This document shows, piece by piece, positions 51,727 to 64,000 of a stretch of 64,000 nt of DNA. The number at the start of each line of letters is the position of its first letter. Positions within the stretch are counted from its first letter, which is position 1. The DNA is from an uncultured Verrucomicrobiae bacterium. GTDB lineage: Bacteria; Verrucomicrobiota; Verrucomicrobiia; Chthoniobacterales; UBA10450. The translations under genes were made by a program, and so were the position numbers. The notes under the pieces were generated by a model. It saw only the letters and a program-made list of their open reading frames with translations, searched no databases and was not told where the DNA came from. The stretch is from positions 128,001-192,000 of the forward strand of contig CAVSDR010000006.1 in assembly GCA_963726745.1 (NCBI GenBank). The letters are read 5' to 3'.

Positions 51727-52683
51727 ATGTCTTTAGCCGACAACCTCACTCAGCCGCTTTCGTTCACGCCGATCTTTCAGGAACGCGTCTGGGGCGGTCG
51801 CCGTCTGGAGAGCCTCTTCGGCAAAGCGCTGCCGCCCGCGGCGAAAATTGGCGAGTCGTGGGAGATCGTGGACCGCGCGGAGGCGCAAAGCGTGGTCGCC
51901 CGTGGCGCGCTGGCCGGGCGGACCCTGCACGAACTGTGGACCGAGCAACGCGCGGAGATTTTCGGCGAGATCGCACCGAGCGATCGCTTCCCGCTCCTGA
52001 TCAAGCTCCTCGACGCTCAGGACGTGCTTTCGCTTCAGGTCCATCCTCCGGCGGACGTCGCCGAAGACCTCGGCGGCGAGCCAAAGACCGAATGCTGGTA
52101 CATCGCCGACGCCGCCCCGGGAGCCGAGCTCTTCGTCGGGCTCCGCCGCGGGGCGACGCGCGCGCGGGTTGAGCAGGCTCTGCATACCGGCGGCTTGGAG
52201 CAGCAGGTCCACCGCGTGGCCGCGCGCGCGGGCGACACCATGTTTCTGCCCAGCGGTCGCATGCACGCGATTGGCGCCGGCTATGTGATTTTCGAGATTC
52301 AACAGAATAGCGACACCACTTACCGCATCTACGATTGGGATCGCGTGGATGAAAACGGCGTCGGCCGGAAATTGCACGTTGAGGAATCCTTGCGCTCGAT
52401 CGACTTCGACGACTTCGAGCCCGGGCTGGCCCAGCCCGCAGGCGAAACTCTCGTGCGCGATCCGCTTTTCCGGATCGATAAGTGGGAACTGACCGCCCCG
52501 CGCGCGGTTTCGCCGCGCGGAACTTTCGCCATTCTCGGCGGCTTAGCCGGCAAGTTCACCTGCGCTGGCGCGGCCGCGGGCCCCGGCGAGTTTCTCCTCG
52601 TGCCCGCCGCGCTTGCCGAGCGTGAGCTTCGCCCCTTGGCAGCGGATACCTCGCTCCTGCGGATCACCCTCGATCCGCCCTAA
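51727..52683 (+). CDS. manA: Type I mannose-6-phosphate isomerase
   Basis: ERVWGG, GESWE, FPLLIKLLDA..LSLQVHP, KTECWY, HAIG, EIQQNSDTTYR. Confidence 0.9.
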   Translation: MSLADNLTQPLSFTPIFQERVWGGRRLESLFGKALPPAAKIGESWEIVDRAEAQSVVARGALAGRTLHELWTEQRAEIFGEIAPSDRFPLLIKLLDAQDVLSLQVHPPADVAEDLGGEPKTECWYIADAAPGAELFVGLRRGATRARVEQALHTGGLEQQVHRVAARAGDTMFLPSGRMHAIGAGYVIFEIQQNSDTTYRIYDWDRVDENGVGRKLHVEESLRSIDFDDFEPGLAQPAGETLVRDPLFRIDKWELTAPRAVSPRGTFAILGGLAGKFTCAGAAAGPGEFLLVPAALAERELRPLAADTSLLRITLDPP

Positions 52684-52693
52684 CGAGTCGTTT

Positions 52694-53155
52694 TCAGGCG
52701 TGCGTCCCGCTCAACTCCGGCCCTGGCCAGCCGCGGCGCAGCTCCTCGACGTCGTCGATTCGCCAGGCGTTCTCCTCATGCGTCAGGCTGTAGAGGAACG
52801 AGCGCGTGGCGCCATTCGCGTGCACGATGAAAACCTGCACGATCGCGTTGCTCCCGCGCACTTTCACTTGGCCAAACTCCACCCGCGAGCCCCGGACTAC
52901 ATCGGGATAACGCTGTCGCACCATCTTTTCGAATTGCACCACAGTGAAGCGCTGCTGGACGCCGGTGGCCGCCTGCTGATACGCCGCCTGGAAATCGGCC
53001 GTGCGAAAAGCTGTGAGCTGCTGATTCACGATCGCGAAGAGCTCGCGCGGCGCGGGCGCGGTCACCTGCTCGCGAACTCGCTGAGTAATCACGAAGCCCG
53101 CCCCGCAGATGAGGAACATAAACAGAAGCACCGCCGCCTTGATCGAGTGTCTCAT
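52694..53155 (-). CDS. DUF4864-like protein
   Basis: VNQQLTAFR..DF..AY..A..F..MV...YP..WRID; N-terminal hydrophobic segment. Confidence 0.75.
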   Translation of the reverse strand: MRHSIKAAVLLFMFLICGAGFVITQRVREQVTAPAPRELFAIVNQQLTAFRTADFQAAYQQAATGVQQRFTVVQFEKMVRQRYPDVVRGSRVEFGQVKVRGSNAIVQVFIVHANGATRSFLYSLTHEENAWRIDDVEELRRGWPGPELSGTHA

Positions 53156-53182
53156 CCGCGAAAGCCGATCCTAGCAGGGACG

Positions 53183-53491
53183 TCAAGCCGCCGCGCCGCC
53201 CAGCCGTCGGAGGTATTGATAGGAATAAATTCCCGTCTCGTGGCCATCGGCCCAGCGCGGCAAGAGCGCATATCCGCCGACAAAATTCCACGCGCGCAAT
53301 TCGAAGCTCCGTGCGTTGTAGGTCACCTCCGGCCGCAGGACATGCCCGAGCACATCCGGCTCGCCGCCACAGGCCGCGCAGGGACAGGCGCGCCGGAGCA
53401 CTTCCAGCGCGATATAAGACTCCGTGCCGTCGCTCCAGCTCAGGGCCATCTCCTGGCCGATTAACTGCACGTCTTTGACCTCGAGACGCAT
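53183..53491 (-). CDS. DUF971 / GBBH N-terminal-like metal-binding protein
   Basis: WSDG..LRRACPCAAC..VGGYAL..WADGHETGIYS. Confidence 0.88.
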   Translation of the reverse strand: MRLEVKDVQLIGQEMALSWSDGTESYIALEVLRRACPCAACGGEPDVLGHVLRPEVTYNARSFELRAWNFVGGYALLPRWADGHETGIYSYQYLRRLGGAAA

Positions 53492-53494
53492 GGC

Positions 53495-54175
53495 CTAACG
53501 ATCTCCGAAAATCGCCGTGCCTACGCGCACCAGCGTGGCCCCTTCCTCGATCGCGACCGCGAAGTCGTTGCTCATCCCCATGGAGAGCTGCGGCAATTTG
53601 ACGGCAAATTCACTTTCCAAGGCGTCGCGCAGCTCCCGGAGCATGATGAAGAAGGAGCGGGAATCCTCCGGCTCGGCCGAGAATGGCGGGATGCACATCA
53701 GCCCCTCGATGTTCAGCCGGCCGAGCGCGAGCAGCGTTTCCATCTCGCGGCGCAGTTGCTCGGGCGCGAACCCGATCTTGCTCCCCTCGCCGGCCACATT
53801 CACCTCCAGGAAAACGCGCGGCCGCAACCCCTCCTCCGCCGCGATCCGGTCGACGTCCTCGGCCAGGCCTAACGAGTCGACGCTGTGGAAAAGCTCGAAG
53901 AGCGGGAGCGCGTGGCGAATCTTGTTCTTTTGCAGGTGCCCGATGAAATGCCAGCGCACCGCGGAGGGAAGCAGCGGGATTTTGCTGCGCGCCTCCTGCA
54001 CCCGGCTCTCGCCAAAAATCGCCTGCCCGGCATCGAAAGCTGCGCGCACTTTCTCGGCCTCCTGCTTTTTCGAGACCGCGACCAGCTCCACTTCCGTAGC
54101 CGCGCGGCCCGCCGTGGCCAAAGCGTCGGCTATTTCCGCGCGCACCTGCTCGAGCTTGTCGGAGATCGAATCCAT
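53495..54175 (-). CDS. yggS: PLP homeostasis protein YggS/PROSC
   Basis: [57 protein letters not shown]. Confidence 0.95.
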   Translation of the reverse strand: MDSISDKLEQVRAEIADALATAGRAATEVELVAVSKKQEAEKVRAAFDAGQAIFGESRVQEARSKIPLLPSAVRWHFIGHLQKNKIRHALPLFELFHSVDSLGLAEDVDRIAAEEGLRPRVFLEVNVAGEGSKIGFAPEQLRREMETLLALGRLNIEGLMCIPPFSAEPEDSRSFFIMLRELRDALESEFAVKLPQLSMGMSNDFAVAIEEGATLVRVGTAIFGDR

Positions 54176-54272
54176 CGCCCTGAGCTTTTGCCTGCTTGCC
54201 CCCAGACGCAACAATTCCGTCAAGCGGTCACGCGGACCACTGACGGAATTGCGCCGAAAACAGGAGTGAGTC

Positions 54273-54590
54273 CTAAGCTTTTTCGCCCTTGGATTTGCAG
54301 GCCGATTTCCAGGAGCTGAACTGCGCGGGCGAGAGCACGTCCTTCGCGCCGGCTTCCATCTTGGCCATGCTTTCCTTGGTGCAGCCGCTCTTGTCGCACT
54401 CGGCCGCGAGCGTTTCCATCTTCGCCTTTTGCTCGGCGGTCAGGTCCATCTTCGCAAAGGTTTCCAGGCAGGCGCCCTTGGTCATCTTCTTGTCACCCAT
54501 CGAGGCGCAGCAGGCTTTGTCACCAGCGAACGAAGTCGAAGCCGCCATGAGGCCTGCGGCCACGAACGCTAACAGAGAGAATTTCTTCAT
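54273..54590 (-). CDS. Small secreted Cys/Met-rich protein with LTXXQ-like motifs
   Basis: Signal peptide MKKFSLL..SFA; LTAEQKAK and VLSPAQ; six Cys. Confidence 0.7.
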   Translation of the reverse strand: MKKFSLLAFVAAGLMAASTSFAGDKACCASMGDKKMTKGACLETFAKMDLTAEQKAKMETLAAECDKSGCTKESMAKMEAGAKDVLSPAQFSSWKSACKSKGEKA

Positions 54591-54624
54591 AGTCCTCTTC
54601 AGACAGCGATTGCGCCCGGTTTGT

Positions 54625-57204
<2,580 letters not shown>

Positions 57205-57304
57205 ATGAGTTCCTCTTAAAGGACTATCGCACCCGCCCCGGCGTTCAACTGCATCGGCCCCCGCATTGCGGCGCGTAGCCTCCGCGAGTATCAGTCCTGA
57301 CCCC

Positions 57305-58580
57305 GTGGAAAACGCCGAGCTACCCTTCCGCCAACGCGCCCTCGAGCTCCTGCGTCCGGGAGCGTTCCGCCGTTACATCATCGGGTCGGCAATTTCTGAT
57401 ACCGGCACCTGGATGCAGGTGATGGCGCAGGCCTGGGTCATGAGCACGCTGACCGATCGCGCGCTCCTCCTCGGGATGGTCAACTTCGCGGCCGGCATCC
57501 CGACGCTCGCGCTCACGATGGTCGGCGGCTCGGTGGCCGATCGCTACGACAAGCGCAAGATCCTGATCATCGCGCAGGTCGCGCAGATGATCTTTGCCAT
57601 CACTCTCGGCACGCTTGTGCTCTGGAATGTGATCCAAGTCTGGCACGTGGTTGTGCTCGCGGCGCTCCTCGGCGTCTGCATCGCCTTCGAAATGCCGGCT
57701 ATTTCCGCGCTCGTGCCCGAGCTGGTGCAACGCGAGCAGATCGCGACCGCGATCGCGCTCGATCGCTCGGTCTTTCACGGCTCGCGCCTGGTCGGGCCTT
57801 CGGTGGCCGGCATGCTTGTCGGCTGGGTCGGCGCGGCGGTGGCTTTTTTTGCGAACGCGGCCTCGTTCCTCGCGCTCATGATCGCGCTGTTTACTTTGCC
57901 GGCGCGCCGCCTTGGCACCCCGGAGGAGGAAGAGCAGCGCAAGAGCGGCTTCAAGGAAGGGCTCAAGTATGTGCGGCACGATCGCACCATCCTTTGCATG
58001 ATCGGGCTGATCGCCTTGACCACGATCTTCATCTTTCCCTTTCTCTCGGTGATGCTGCCGCTCTACGTGCGCAATATTCTGCATCTTGGGCCCGGACCGG
58101 ATGGGGCTGCTCATGGCCATCTCCGGGAGCGGCTCGCTCGTCGGTTCGCTTGGCCTCCTGAGCGTGGCCCGTTCGCATCGCTTCCGCTTCATGACAGTGG
58201 CCGCGGTCATCGCCGCCTGCGCGCTCTTCGCGATGTCGCAATTGAGTAACTTCGCGCTCACCGCCGCGGCCATGGGCATTCTGGCGGTCGCGCTTTCGCT
58301 CAACTTCGGGCTCGCCGGCACGATCGTGCAGGAACGCGCTCCGAGCCATCTGCGCGGGCGCATCTCCGCGGTCTTCGGCTTGAGCTTCTTTGGCCTGATG
58401 CCGATCGCCGGCCTGCTCACGACCAGCCTGTCGGACGCGGTCGGCATGCGGACCGCGCTGTTCGCTTCCTCGATTTGCTTCGGCCTGGGTGCGCTCGTGG
58501 TGATGAACCTGGCCGGGCGCACGATCGAGGCCCGCCCGGTGGCCCCGGTCGCGGAGCCGGAGCCGGCCACCGTAGCCTAA
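57305..58580 (+). CDS. MFS transporter, DHA3/MFS_3-like (+1 frameshift near 58091)
   Basis: [33 protein letters not shown]. Confidence 0.88.
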
Positions 58581-58586
58581 CGAGCG

Positions 58587-59501
58587 ATGATCTCCTTCTC
58601 GACCTGCTGGAATTCCAGCCGCCACAAAGCAGGCGACGAGATGTTGCGCGAGATCAAGGGCGAGCTCGGCTTCACCCACATCGAGCTCGGCCACGGCACC
58701 CGCATTTCGCTCATGCCCGGTATCCAAAAAATGTTCGAGGCCGGCGAGGTCACCTTCAGCAGCCTGCACAATTTTTGCCCGCTCCCGGTCGAGGTGATGC
58801 ATGCCTCGCCCGATTGCTACAAGTTCTCCGCTCCGCGCCAGGCGGAGCGCGACCGCGCGGTCAAGCAAACGCTGCAGACGATCGATTTCGCCGAGCGCCT
58901 GGGCGCCCCCTTTGTGGTCCTCCATTGCGGCGAGGTGCCGATGAACCCGATCACCGACGAGCTCCTCGCCTTGGCAAAGAAAGGCCAGCTCCTTTCCCGC
59001 GAATACGTGCGCCAGAAGATCGCCGCGGTGAAGAAACGCGAGGAGCGCGCGCCCTGGCATCTCGACCGGGTGCGCGAATGTCTTAAGCCGATCGTGGAAC
59101 ACGCGGCCGCCAAAGGTATCCGCCTCGGAATTGAAGGCCGGCGCGGCTACGAGGAGATGCCTAACGAGCGCGAGCTTCCGCTCTTACTCGACGAACTGAA
59201 CTCACCCGCGGCGGGGTATTGGCATGACTTTGGGCACATTCAGATCAAGGAGAACCTCGGCTTTCTCAATCACGAGGAATGGCTGCGGCTGATCGGCCCG
59301 CGCGCCTTCGGCTGCCACCTCCAGGACGTCGTCTGGCCGGGGCAGGACCATCAACCGCCATTTGCCGGGCACGTCGATCTCCTTAAGCTGGTCCCGCTTC
59401 TGCCGGCGGATTGCCTGTTTGTTTGGGAACTCAGCCCGCGCAAGACCGTCCCCGAGATCCTCCGCTCGGTTGAGATTTGGAAGCAGCATTTTGCCGCATG
59501 A
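58587..59501 (+). CDS. Xylose-isomerase-like TIM-barrel protein (sugar-phosphate isomerase/epimerase family)
   Basis: SLHNFCP, VVLHCG, LGIE, WHDFGH, HLQD, DH.PP..G, WEL. Confidence 0.85.
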   Translation: MISFSTCWNSSRHKAGDEMLREIKGELGFTHIELGHGTRISLMPGIQKMFEAGEVTFSSLHNFCPLPVEVMHASPDCYKFSAPRQAERDRAVKQTLQTIDFAERLGAPFVVLHCGEVPMNPITDELLALAKKGQLLSREYVRQKIAAVKKREERAPWHLDRVRECLKPIVEHAAAKGIRLGIEGRRGYEEMPNERELPLLLDELNSPAAGYWHDFGHIQIKENLGFLNHEEWLRLIGPRAFGCHLQDVVWPGQDHQPPFAGHVDLLKLVPLLPADCLFVWELSPRKTVPEILRSVEIWKQHFAA

Positions 59502-60553
59502 AAAAAGTCCTGCTCACCAGCCTCCAGATCGCGATCACGATTGCGCTGCTCTACTTCGTCTTTCGCGATCCCGAGAAGCGCGCGCAAATGGGGACCGCGC
59601 TCCGGCTGGCAAACTATTGGTGGATCCTGCTCGGCATTGGCTGCTACGCGCTCGTGGAAGTGGCGGCGGCGATTCGCTGGCAGGTGCTCCTGCGCGTGCA
59701 GGGGATTCGCTTGAGCAATCTCCGCGTCGGCGGGCTTTTCCTCATCGGGATGTTTTACAACCAGTTCATGCCCGGCGGCACCGGTGGCGACATCATCAAG
59801 AGCTACCTCCTGCTCAAGGAAACGCCGGATAAAAAAGCCGGCGCGCTCCTCGCGGTGCTTTTCGATCGGCTGATCGGTTTGGTCGCGCTCATCACCATTA
59901 CCGGCGTGCTCATCTCGCTGCGCTACAAGTATCTCGCGCAACTCCCGGACACGCGCCGCCTGCTTTACCTGCTCCTCGCGATTCTCGGCAGCTCCATCCT
60001 CGGCCTCGCGACCACCTTCGTGATCAGCGGCTTCAATCTCTTCCGCTGGCTCCCACAACGCCTGCCAGGACGCGAGAAGTTGATCGAGGTCTCGCAGGCC
60101 TACCATCTCTACGCCCATCATTGGCGCGCGACCCTCGTCGGCTTCAGCATGTCGCTGGTCGCGCACCTGGCGACCTTCGCCACTTTTCTCTGCGTGGCCT
60201 ACGCGCTCCATGCGATGGACCAGCGGACAACTCCCCCCTCGCCCGTGCCGGTGCTCGATTTCTTCGCGATCATGCCGATCGAGCGCACGATCTCTTCGTT
60301 GCCGATCAGCTTTGGCGGCGCTGGCTGGCGCGAGATCGTGCTCCAAATCCTCCTGCATGGTCTCGCCGGGGTGCGCGAAGGCGTGGCCAATCTCATCGGC
60401 TCGCTCAGTTTCCTGATCATCCTCATTTGCTCGCTCCCGGGCGGATTGGTTTACTTCTTCTACCGTCCGAGTGGCGCGGCCGGCCATGTGAAGATGCGCG
60501 AAATGCACGAGGCCGTGGCCACGGTGCAGCATCGGCAATTCGGTGAAGATTGA
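59498..60553 (+). CDS. Lysylphosphatidylglycerol-synthase TM domain / flippase-like protein (UPF0104)
   Basis: IRWQVLL, GMFYNQFMPGGTGGDIIK, FDRLIG, LPISFGGAGWRE. Confidence 0.85.
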   Translation: MKKVLLTSLQIAITIALLYFVFRDPEKRAQMGTALRLANYWWILLGIGCYALVEVAAAIRWQVLLRVQGIRLSNLRVGGLFLIGMFYNQFMPGGTGGDIIKSYLLLKETPDKKAGALLAVLFDRLIGLVALITITGVLISLRYKYLAQLPDTRRLLYLLLAILGSSILGLATTFVISGFNLFRWLPQRLPGREKLIEVSQAYHLYAHHWRATLVGFSMSLVAHLATFATFLCVAYALHAMDQRTTPPSPVPVLDFFAIMPIERTISSLPISFGGAGWREIVLQILLHGLAGVREGVANLIGSLSFLIILICSLPGGLVYFFYRPSGAAGHVKMREMHEAVATVQHRQFGED

Positions 60554-61265
60554 GAGAAAAAGGAGCCGCGCCCGGCGGCCATTTGTCGCGGCCACGTTTG
60601 CCATGACCGCAGACGGCAAGATCACCACCCGCACCTATGCGCCGGTGGATTTCACTTCGCGCGAAGACAAGCAGCATCTTCTCCGGCAGCGCGCCCTGGC
60701 CGACGCGGTCATCGTCGGCCACAGCACGCTCAAGGCGGACAACGTCCGCCTCGGCCTGCCGAAGGGCGAACTGCGCGAGCAGCGGCTGGCTCGTGGGCAA
60801 ACCGAGGCGCCGCTGCGCGTAATCGTTTCCAACGAAGGCCGGATCGATCCCGAACTGAAAATCTTCCAGTCCACCATCTCGCCGATTGTCGTTTTCTCGA
60901 CCACCCGCATGCCGCGGCGCACGCAGAAAATCCTGCGCGAGAAAGCCACCCTGCACCTGAGCGACACCGGCGCGGTCGACCTCGCCTGGATGCTCCAGCA
61001 GCTCCGGCGGGAATACCGGGTGAAGCAGGTCGCCTGCGAAGGCGGCGCGGCGCTCTTCCGCTCCATGCTCGAGCTCGACCTGGTCGATCAGCTCAATCTC
61101 ACCATCGCGCCCATCCTTTTCGGCGGGCAAGGCGCCCCCACCCTCACCGGGACGAGCGCAGCCTTCCTCCCGGCGAGCGTTCGCGCCAAACTCACCGGGA
61201 TGCGCGTGCTCGGCGAAGAATGTTTTCTCACCTATCGGATCAAGCATCCCCAAAGGGCTGCCTAA
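60543..61265 (+). CDS. RibD C-terminal-type reductase (DHFR fold)
   Basis: RPFV..FAMTADGKI, LR..ADAVIVG..T...DN, CEGG, LVD..LTIAP.LFGG. Confidence 0.85.
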   Translation: MKIERKRSRARRPFVAATFAMTADGKITTRTYAPVDFTSREDKQHLLRQRALADAVIVGHSTLKADNVRLGLPKGELREQRLARGQTEAPLRVIVSNEGRIDPELKIFQSTISPIVVFSTTRMPRRTQKILREKATLHLSDTGAVDLAWMLQQLRREYRVKQVACEGGAALFRSMLELDLVDQLNLTIAPILFGGQGAPTLTGTSAAFLPASVRAKLTGMRVLGEECFLTYRIKHPQRAA

Positions 61266-61268
61266 CGA

Positions 61269-61709
61269 ATGCACACCGGCAACTCCATCATCATGCACGC
61301 GCCGCGGATGCGGATCTTCGAGACCGCGGCCAATCTCGAGCTTTGGCCGGAAATCCTGCCGCATTACCGTTACATCACGTATCTCGAGCGTGGCCCGGAG
61401 CGTAACCTTGTCGTGATGGCCGCGACCCGCTCAGGCATTCCGATCAAGTGGACCTCGGAACAGATCATCGACCGCGAGCGGGTCGAGGTGCGCTTCCATC
61501 ATTTGAAAGCCTTCACCAAGGGGATGGATGTCGTCTGGACCTTTAAGGAAACGCCGGCCGGCGTGCTGGTGGAGATTGTGCACGACCTGGAGTTTCGCGT
61601 GCCCGCGCTCGCGCCGGTGGCGGATCAAATCGTCGGCAATTTCTTCATTCATTATGTCGCCAGCCAAACCTTGCGACACATGAAGGCGCACCTGGAGGCA
61701 CAAAACTAG
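61269..61709 (+). CDS. SRPBCC / polyketide cyclase-dehydrase family protein
   Basis: SIIMHAP..IF..AA.LE.WP.ILPHY..M.V.W.F helix-grip pattern. Confidence 0.8.
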   Translation: MHTGNSIIMHAPRMRIFETAANLELWPEILPHYRYITYLERGPERNLVVMAATRSGIPIKWTSEQIIDRERVEVRFHHLKAFTKGMDVVWTFKETPAGVLVEIVHDLEFRVPALAPVADQIVGNFFIHYVASQTLRHMKAHLEAQN

Positions 61710-62948
61710 ATGCGTCGCGCGGTCATCACCGGCCTCGGCCCGATCACCTGCATCGGCACCGGACGGGAAAACTTCTGGCGTGGTCTGCGGGCGCAGCAGA
61801 GCGGGATCACGCGCATCTCCACCTTCGACACGACCGCGTTTCACGCGCATTGCGGCGGTGAGATTCGCGACTGGGTTCCCGAAGACCATTTCCCGCCGCA
61901 TCGCCTGAAGCGGCTCGATCGCTATGCGCAATTCTCCGTCGCTTCCGCGCAGATGGCGCTGGAAGACGCCGGCTATTCCTGGTCGCGCGAGACCCCGCAG
62001 GATCGCGTGGGCGTGAGCTTCGGCACCGCCCTCGGCGGCATCGCGGGCGCGGAGTATCAGCACGCGCATTTCCTCAAGAAAGGGACGCGCGGGGTGAACC
62101 AGACGCTTGCGCTCCAAGTCTTCGGCGGCTCGGCGCACTCGAACATCGCGATCGAGTTCGGCTTCCGCGGCGTCGGCACCACGAACTCGAATAGTTGCGC
62201 CAGCGGCACAGTCGCGGTCGGCGAAGCGCTGCGATACATCCGCGATGATTTTGCCGACGTGATCGTGGCCGGCGGCGCTGAAGCTCCGCTCAGTCCGCTC
62301 ACGTTTGGCGCCTTCGCGATCATCAAAACGATGAGCCAAACGACCGGCGATCCTGCCCTGGCCTGCCGGCCCTTTGATCTCGCGCGCGACGGTTTTGTCA
62401 TGGGCGAAGGCGCAGCCTCGCTCGTGATCGAGGAGCTGGAGCATGCGCGCGCACGCGGCGCGCACATCTACGCGGAAGTGCTCGGCTATAGCTTGAACAA
62501 CGACGCCTTCCACATGACCACGCCCCTGCCCACGGGCGATTCCTGCAAGCGCGCGATGCGCCACGCGCTCGCGGATGCGCGGCTCGCGCCGGAGCAGATC
62601 GATTACGTGAACGCGCACGCCAGTTCCACGCAGATGAACGATGCCACCGAGACGGCGGCCTTGAAGGAAGTCTTCGGCGAGCACGCGCAGCGCTTACTCG
62701 TTAGCGGGACAAAGGCGTATACCGCGCATCCGTTGGGCGCGACCGGCGCGATCGAAGCCGCGCTGTGCGCGCTCGCCCTCGAGCACCAATGGGTCCCGCC
62801 GACTTTGAACCGCACGCAGCCCGACCCCGTCTGCGATCTCGACGTCGTCCCGCACGAAGGTCGCGAGGCGAAATTAGACTACGTCTTGAGCAACTCCTTC
62901 GGCTTCGGTGGAATCAACTCCTGCGTGATTCTCGGTCGGATGAAGTAG
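61710..62948 (+). CDS. Beta-ketoacyl-ACP synthase II-like ketosynthase (divergent FabF / type II PKS-like)
   Basis: VITGLG, NSCASG (Cys), RPFD..RDGFVMGEG, NAHASST (His), TKAYTAHPLGA (His), NSFGFGG. Confidence 0.9.
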   Translation: MRRAVITGLGPITCIGTGRENFWRGLRAQQSGITRISTFDTTAFHAHCGGEIRDWVPEDHFPPHRLKRLDRYAQFSVASAQMALEDAGYSWSRETPQDRVGVSFGTALGGIAGAEYQHAHFLKKGTRGVNQTLALQVFGGSAHSNIAIEFGFRGVGTTNSNSCASGTVAVGEALRYIRDDFADVIVAGGAEAPLSPLTFGAFAIIKTMSQTTGDPALACRPFDLARDGFVMGEGAASLVIEELEHARARGAHIYAEVLGYSLNNDAFHMTTPLPTGDSCKRAMRHALADARLAPEQIDYVNAHASSTQMNDATETAALKEVFGEHAQRLLVSGTKAYTAHPLGATGAIEAALCALALEHQWVPPTLNRTQPDPVCDLDVVPHEGREAKLDYVLSNSFGFGGINSCVILGRMK

Positions 62949-62952
62949 CTGG

Positions 62953-63780
62953 CTAAATTTGCGCCGTGCTGCGCAATTCCTCCGGGGTGCGCCCGGCGGC
63001 GCGCAGCGCCCGCAAGCTCAAGGCAGCATCGCGTTTCGCCAGGCGGCGGCCGTTCGCATCCGTCACCAGCGGAGTGTGGAAGAAGACCGGCGCGGGCAGT
63101 TCCAGGGCGCGATAGAGGAGCAACTGCCGGAAAGTCGAGGTGAGCAAGTCTGCGCCGCGCACCACTTCGGTGATCCGCATCTCCGCATCGTCGACCACGA
63201 CCGCGAGCTGATAGGCAGCGAGATCATCGCGCCGCCAGACCAGGAAATCGCCAAAGTCCCGACCGGCGACCGCGCATTGCAGTCCGAAGTTGCCGTCTAA
63301 AAACTCCGAGGCCATTCCGTCCGGCACCCGAAAGCGCCAATTCACCGGACCTTGAGCCGTCGTTTGCCCGCGACAGGTCCCGGGATAAAGCGGCTCGTCG
63401 TTCTCGTGGTGCGGCGCGCCGATGGCTTGCTCGACATCGCGCCGCGAGCAAGTGCAGGGGTAAACGAAGCCGCCCGCGCGCAGCTTCGCCAGCGCCGCGC
63501 GGTAAAACCCTGCGCGCTCGCTTTGCCGGAACGGCCCCTCGTCCCACCGGAGCCCAAACCAGTGCAAATCCTCCAGGCAAGCCGCGCGAAATTCCTCGCG
63601 GCAACGCGCCGTGTCCAGGTCTTCGATCCGCAAGACCAGCATGCCGCCGGCCGCGCGCGCCCGTTCCTGCGCCCGCCAAAAAGTGAGCGCGTGCCCGAGG
63701 TGCAGGAAACCGGTGGGCGACGGCGCCAGCCGCCCGCGGTAGCCGTTTCCAGAGATTAGCTTTTGGATTTTGGATTCCAT
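62953..63780 (-). CDS. gluQ: tRNA glutamyl-Q(34) synthetase GluQRS
   Basis: GRLAPSPTGFLHLGH, RIEDLD, CTCSR..YPGTC, YQLAVVVDD, RLAKR; no anticodon-binding domain. Confidence 0.9.
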   Translation of the reverse strand: MESKIQKLISGNGYRGRLAPSPTGFLHLGHALTFWRAQERARAAGGMLVLRIEDLDTARCREEFRAACLEDLHWFGLRWDEGPFRQSERAGFYRAALAKLRAGGFVYPCTCSRRDVEQAIGAPHHENDEPLYPGTCRGQTTAQGPVNWRFRVPDGMASEFLDGNFGLQCAVAGRDFGDFLVWRRDDLAAYQLAVVVDDAEMRITEVVRGADLLTSTFRQLLLYRALELPAPVFFHTPLVTDANGRRLAKRDAALSLRALRAAGRTPEELRSTAQI

Positions 63781-63847
63781 CTCGGTAGCGTCCCCGCGTT
63801 CCCGGTCCTTTCTTCAATCCAAAATCGCAATTCGAAAAATCGAAAAT
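63761..63847. repeat. Short AT-rich heptamer repeats (AATCCAA/AATCGAA type) in inverted arrangement
   Basis: TTTTGGATTTTGGATT at 63761 and AATCCAAAATCGCAATTCGAAAATCGAAAAT at about 63816. Confidence 0.5.
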
Positions 63848-64000
63848 GCCTAAGCGCCTCCTTCTTTGGGACATTGATTCCACTCTCATCACCACCGGCG
63901 GCGCCGGCGAAAAAGCGCTCCGGCGCGTCATCCAGAATCTCTTTCGCGTGCCCGATGACCTGCGCGACATCGAGATCGCCGGGCGCACCGACGTCAACAT
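63846..64000 (+). CDS. HAD-superfamily hydrolase (3' end outside the window)
   Basis: MPKRLLLWDIDSTLITTGGAG (DxD motif I) .. AGRTD. Confidence 0.85.
   Translation, partial: MPKRLLLWDIDSTLITTGGAGEKALRRVIQNLFRVPDDLRDIEIAGRTDVN

Overview
A 64 kb, high-GC (roughly 64-65% by eye) stretch of core chromosome from a Verrucomicrobiota bacterium. The 16S rRNA looks like Spartobacteria/Chthoniobacterales. It carries about 55 protein genes, mostly housekeeping: iscU/nifU-sufT, rplI-dnaB, tkt, an rsmA-Nudix fusion, aas, dapL, sodA, the hopanoid genes hpnH-shc, alaS, recA, two hsp20, surE, hflX, yggS, clpB and gluQ. It also has a seven-gene sugar-tailoring cassette, a cyclase plus ketosynthase operon, three tRNAs and a 16S gene that ends in its own terminator with no 23S following. 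Many genes, including essential ones, carry single-base frameshifts that look like long-read consensus errors rather than pseudogenes. The most striking unexplained signal is a non-palindromic 9-mer, GCCTAACGA/TCGTTAGGC. By hand I count 23 exact copies (25 of the 8-mer, about 35 of the 7-mer core) against about 0.5 expected. It is spread evenly over both strands, forces rare codons inside genes and supplies stop codons at many gene ends, which resembles a DNA-uptake or protein-binding signal. Two copies bracket a small AP2-domain protein with a histone-like tail. No CRISPR array, transposase or prophage was seen.
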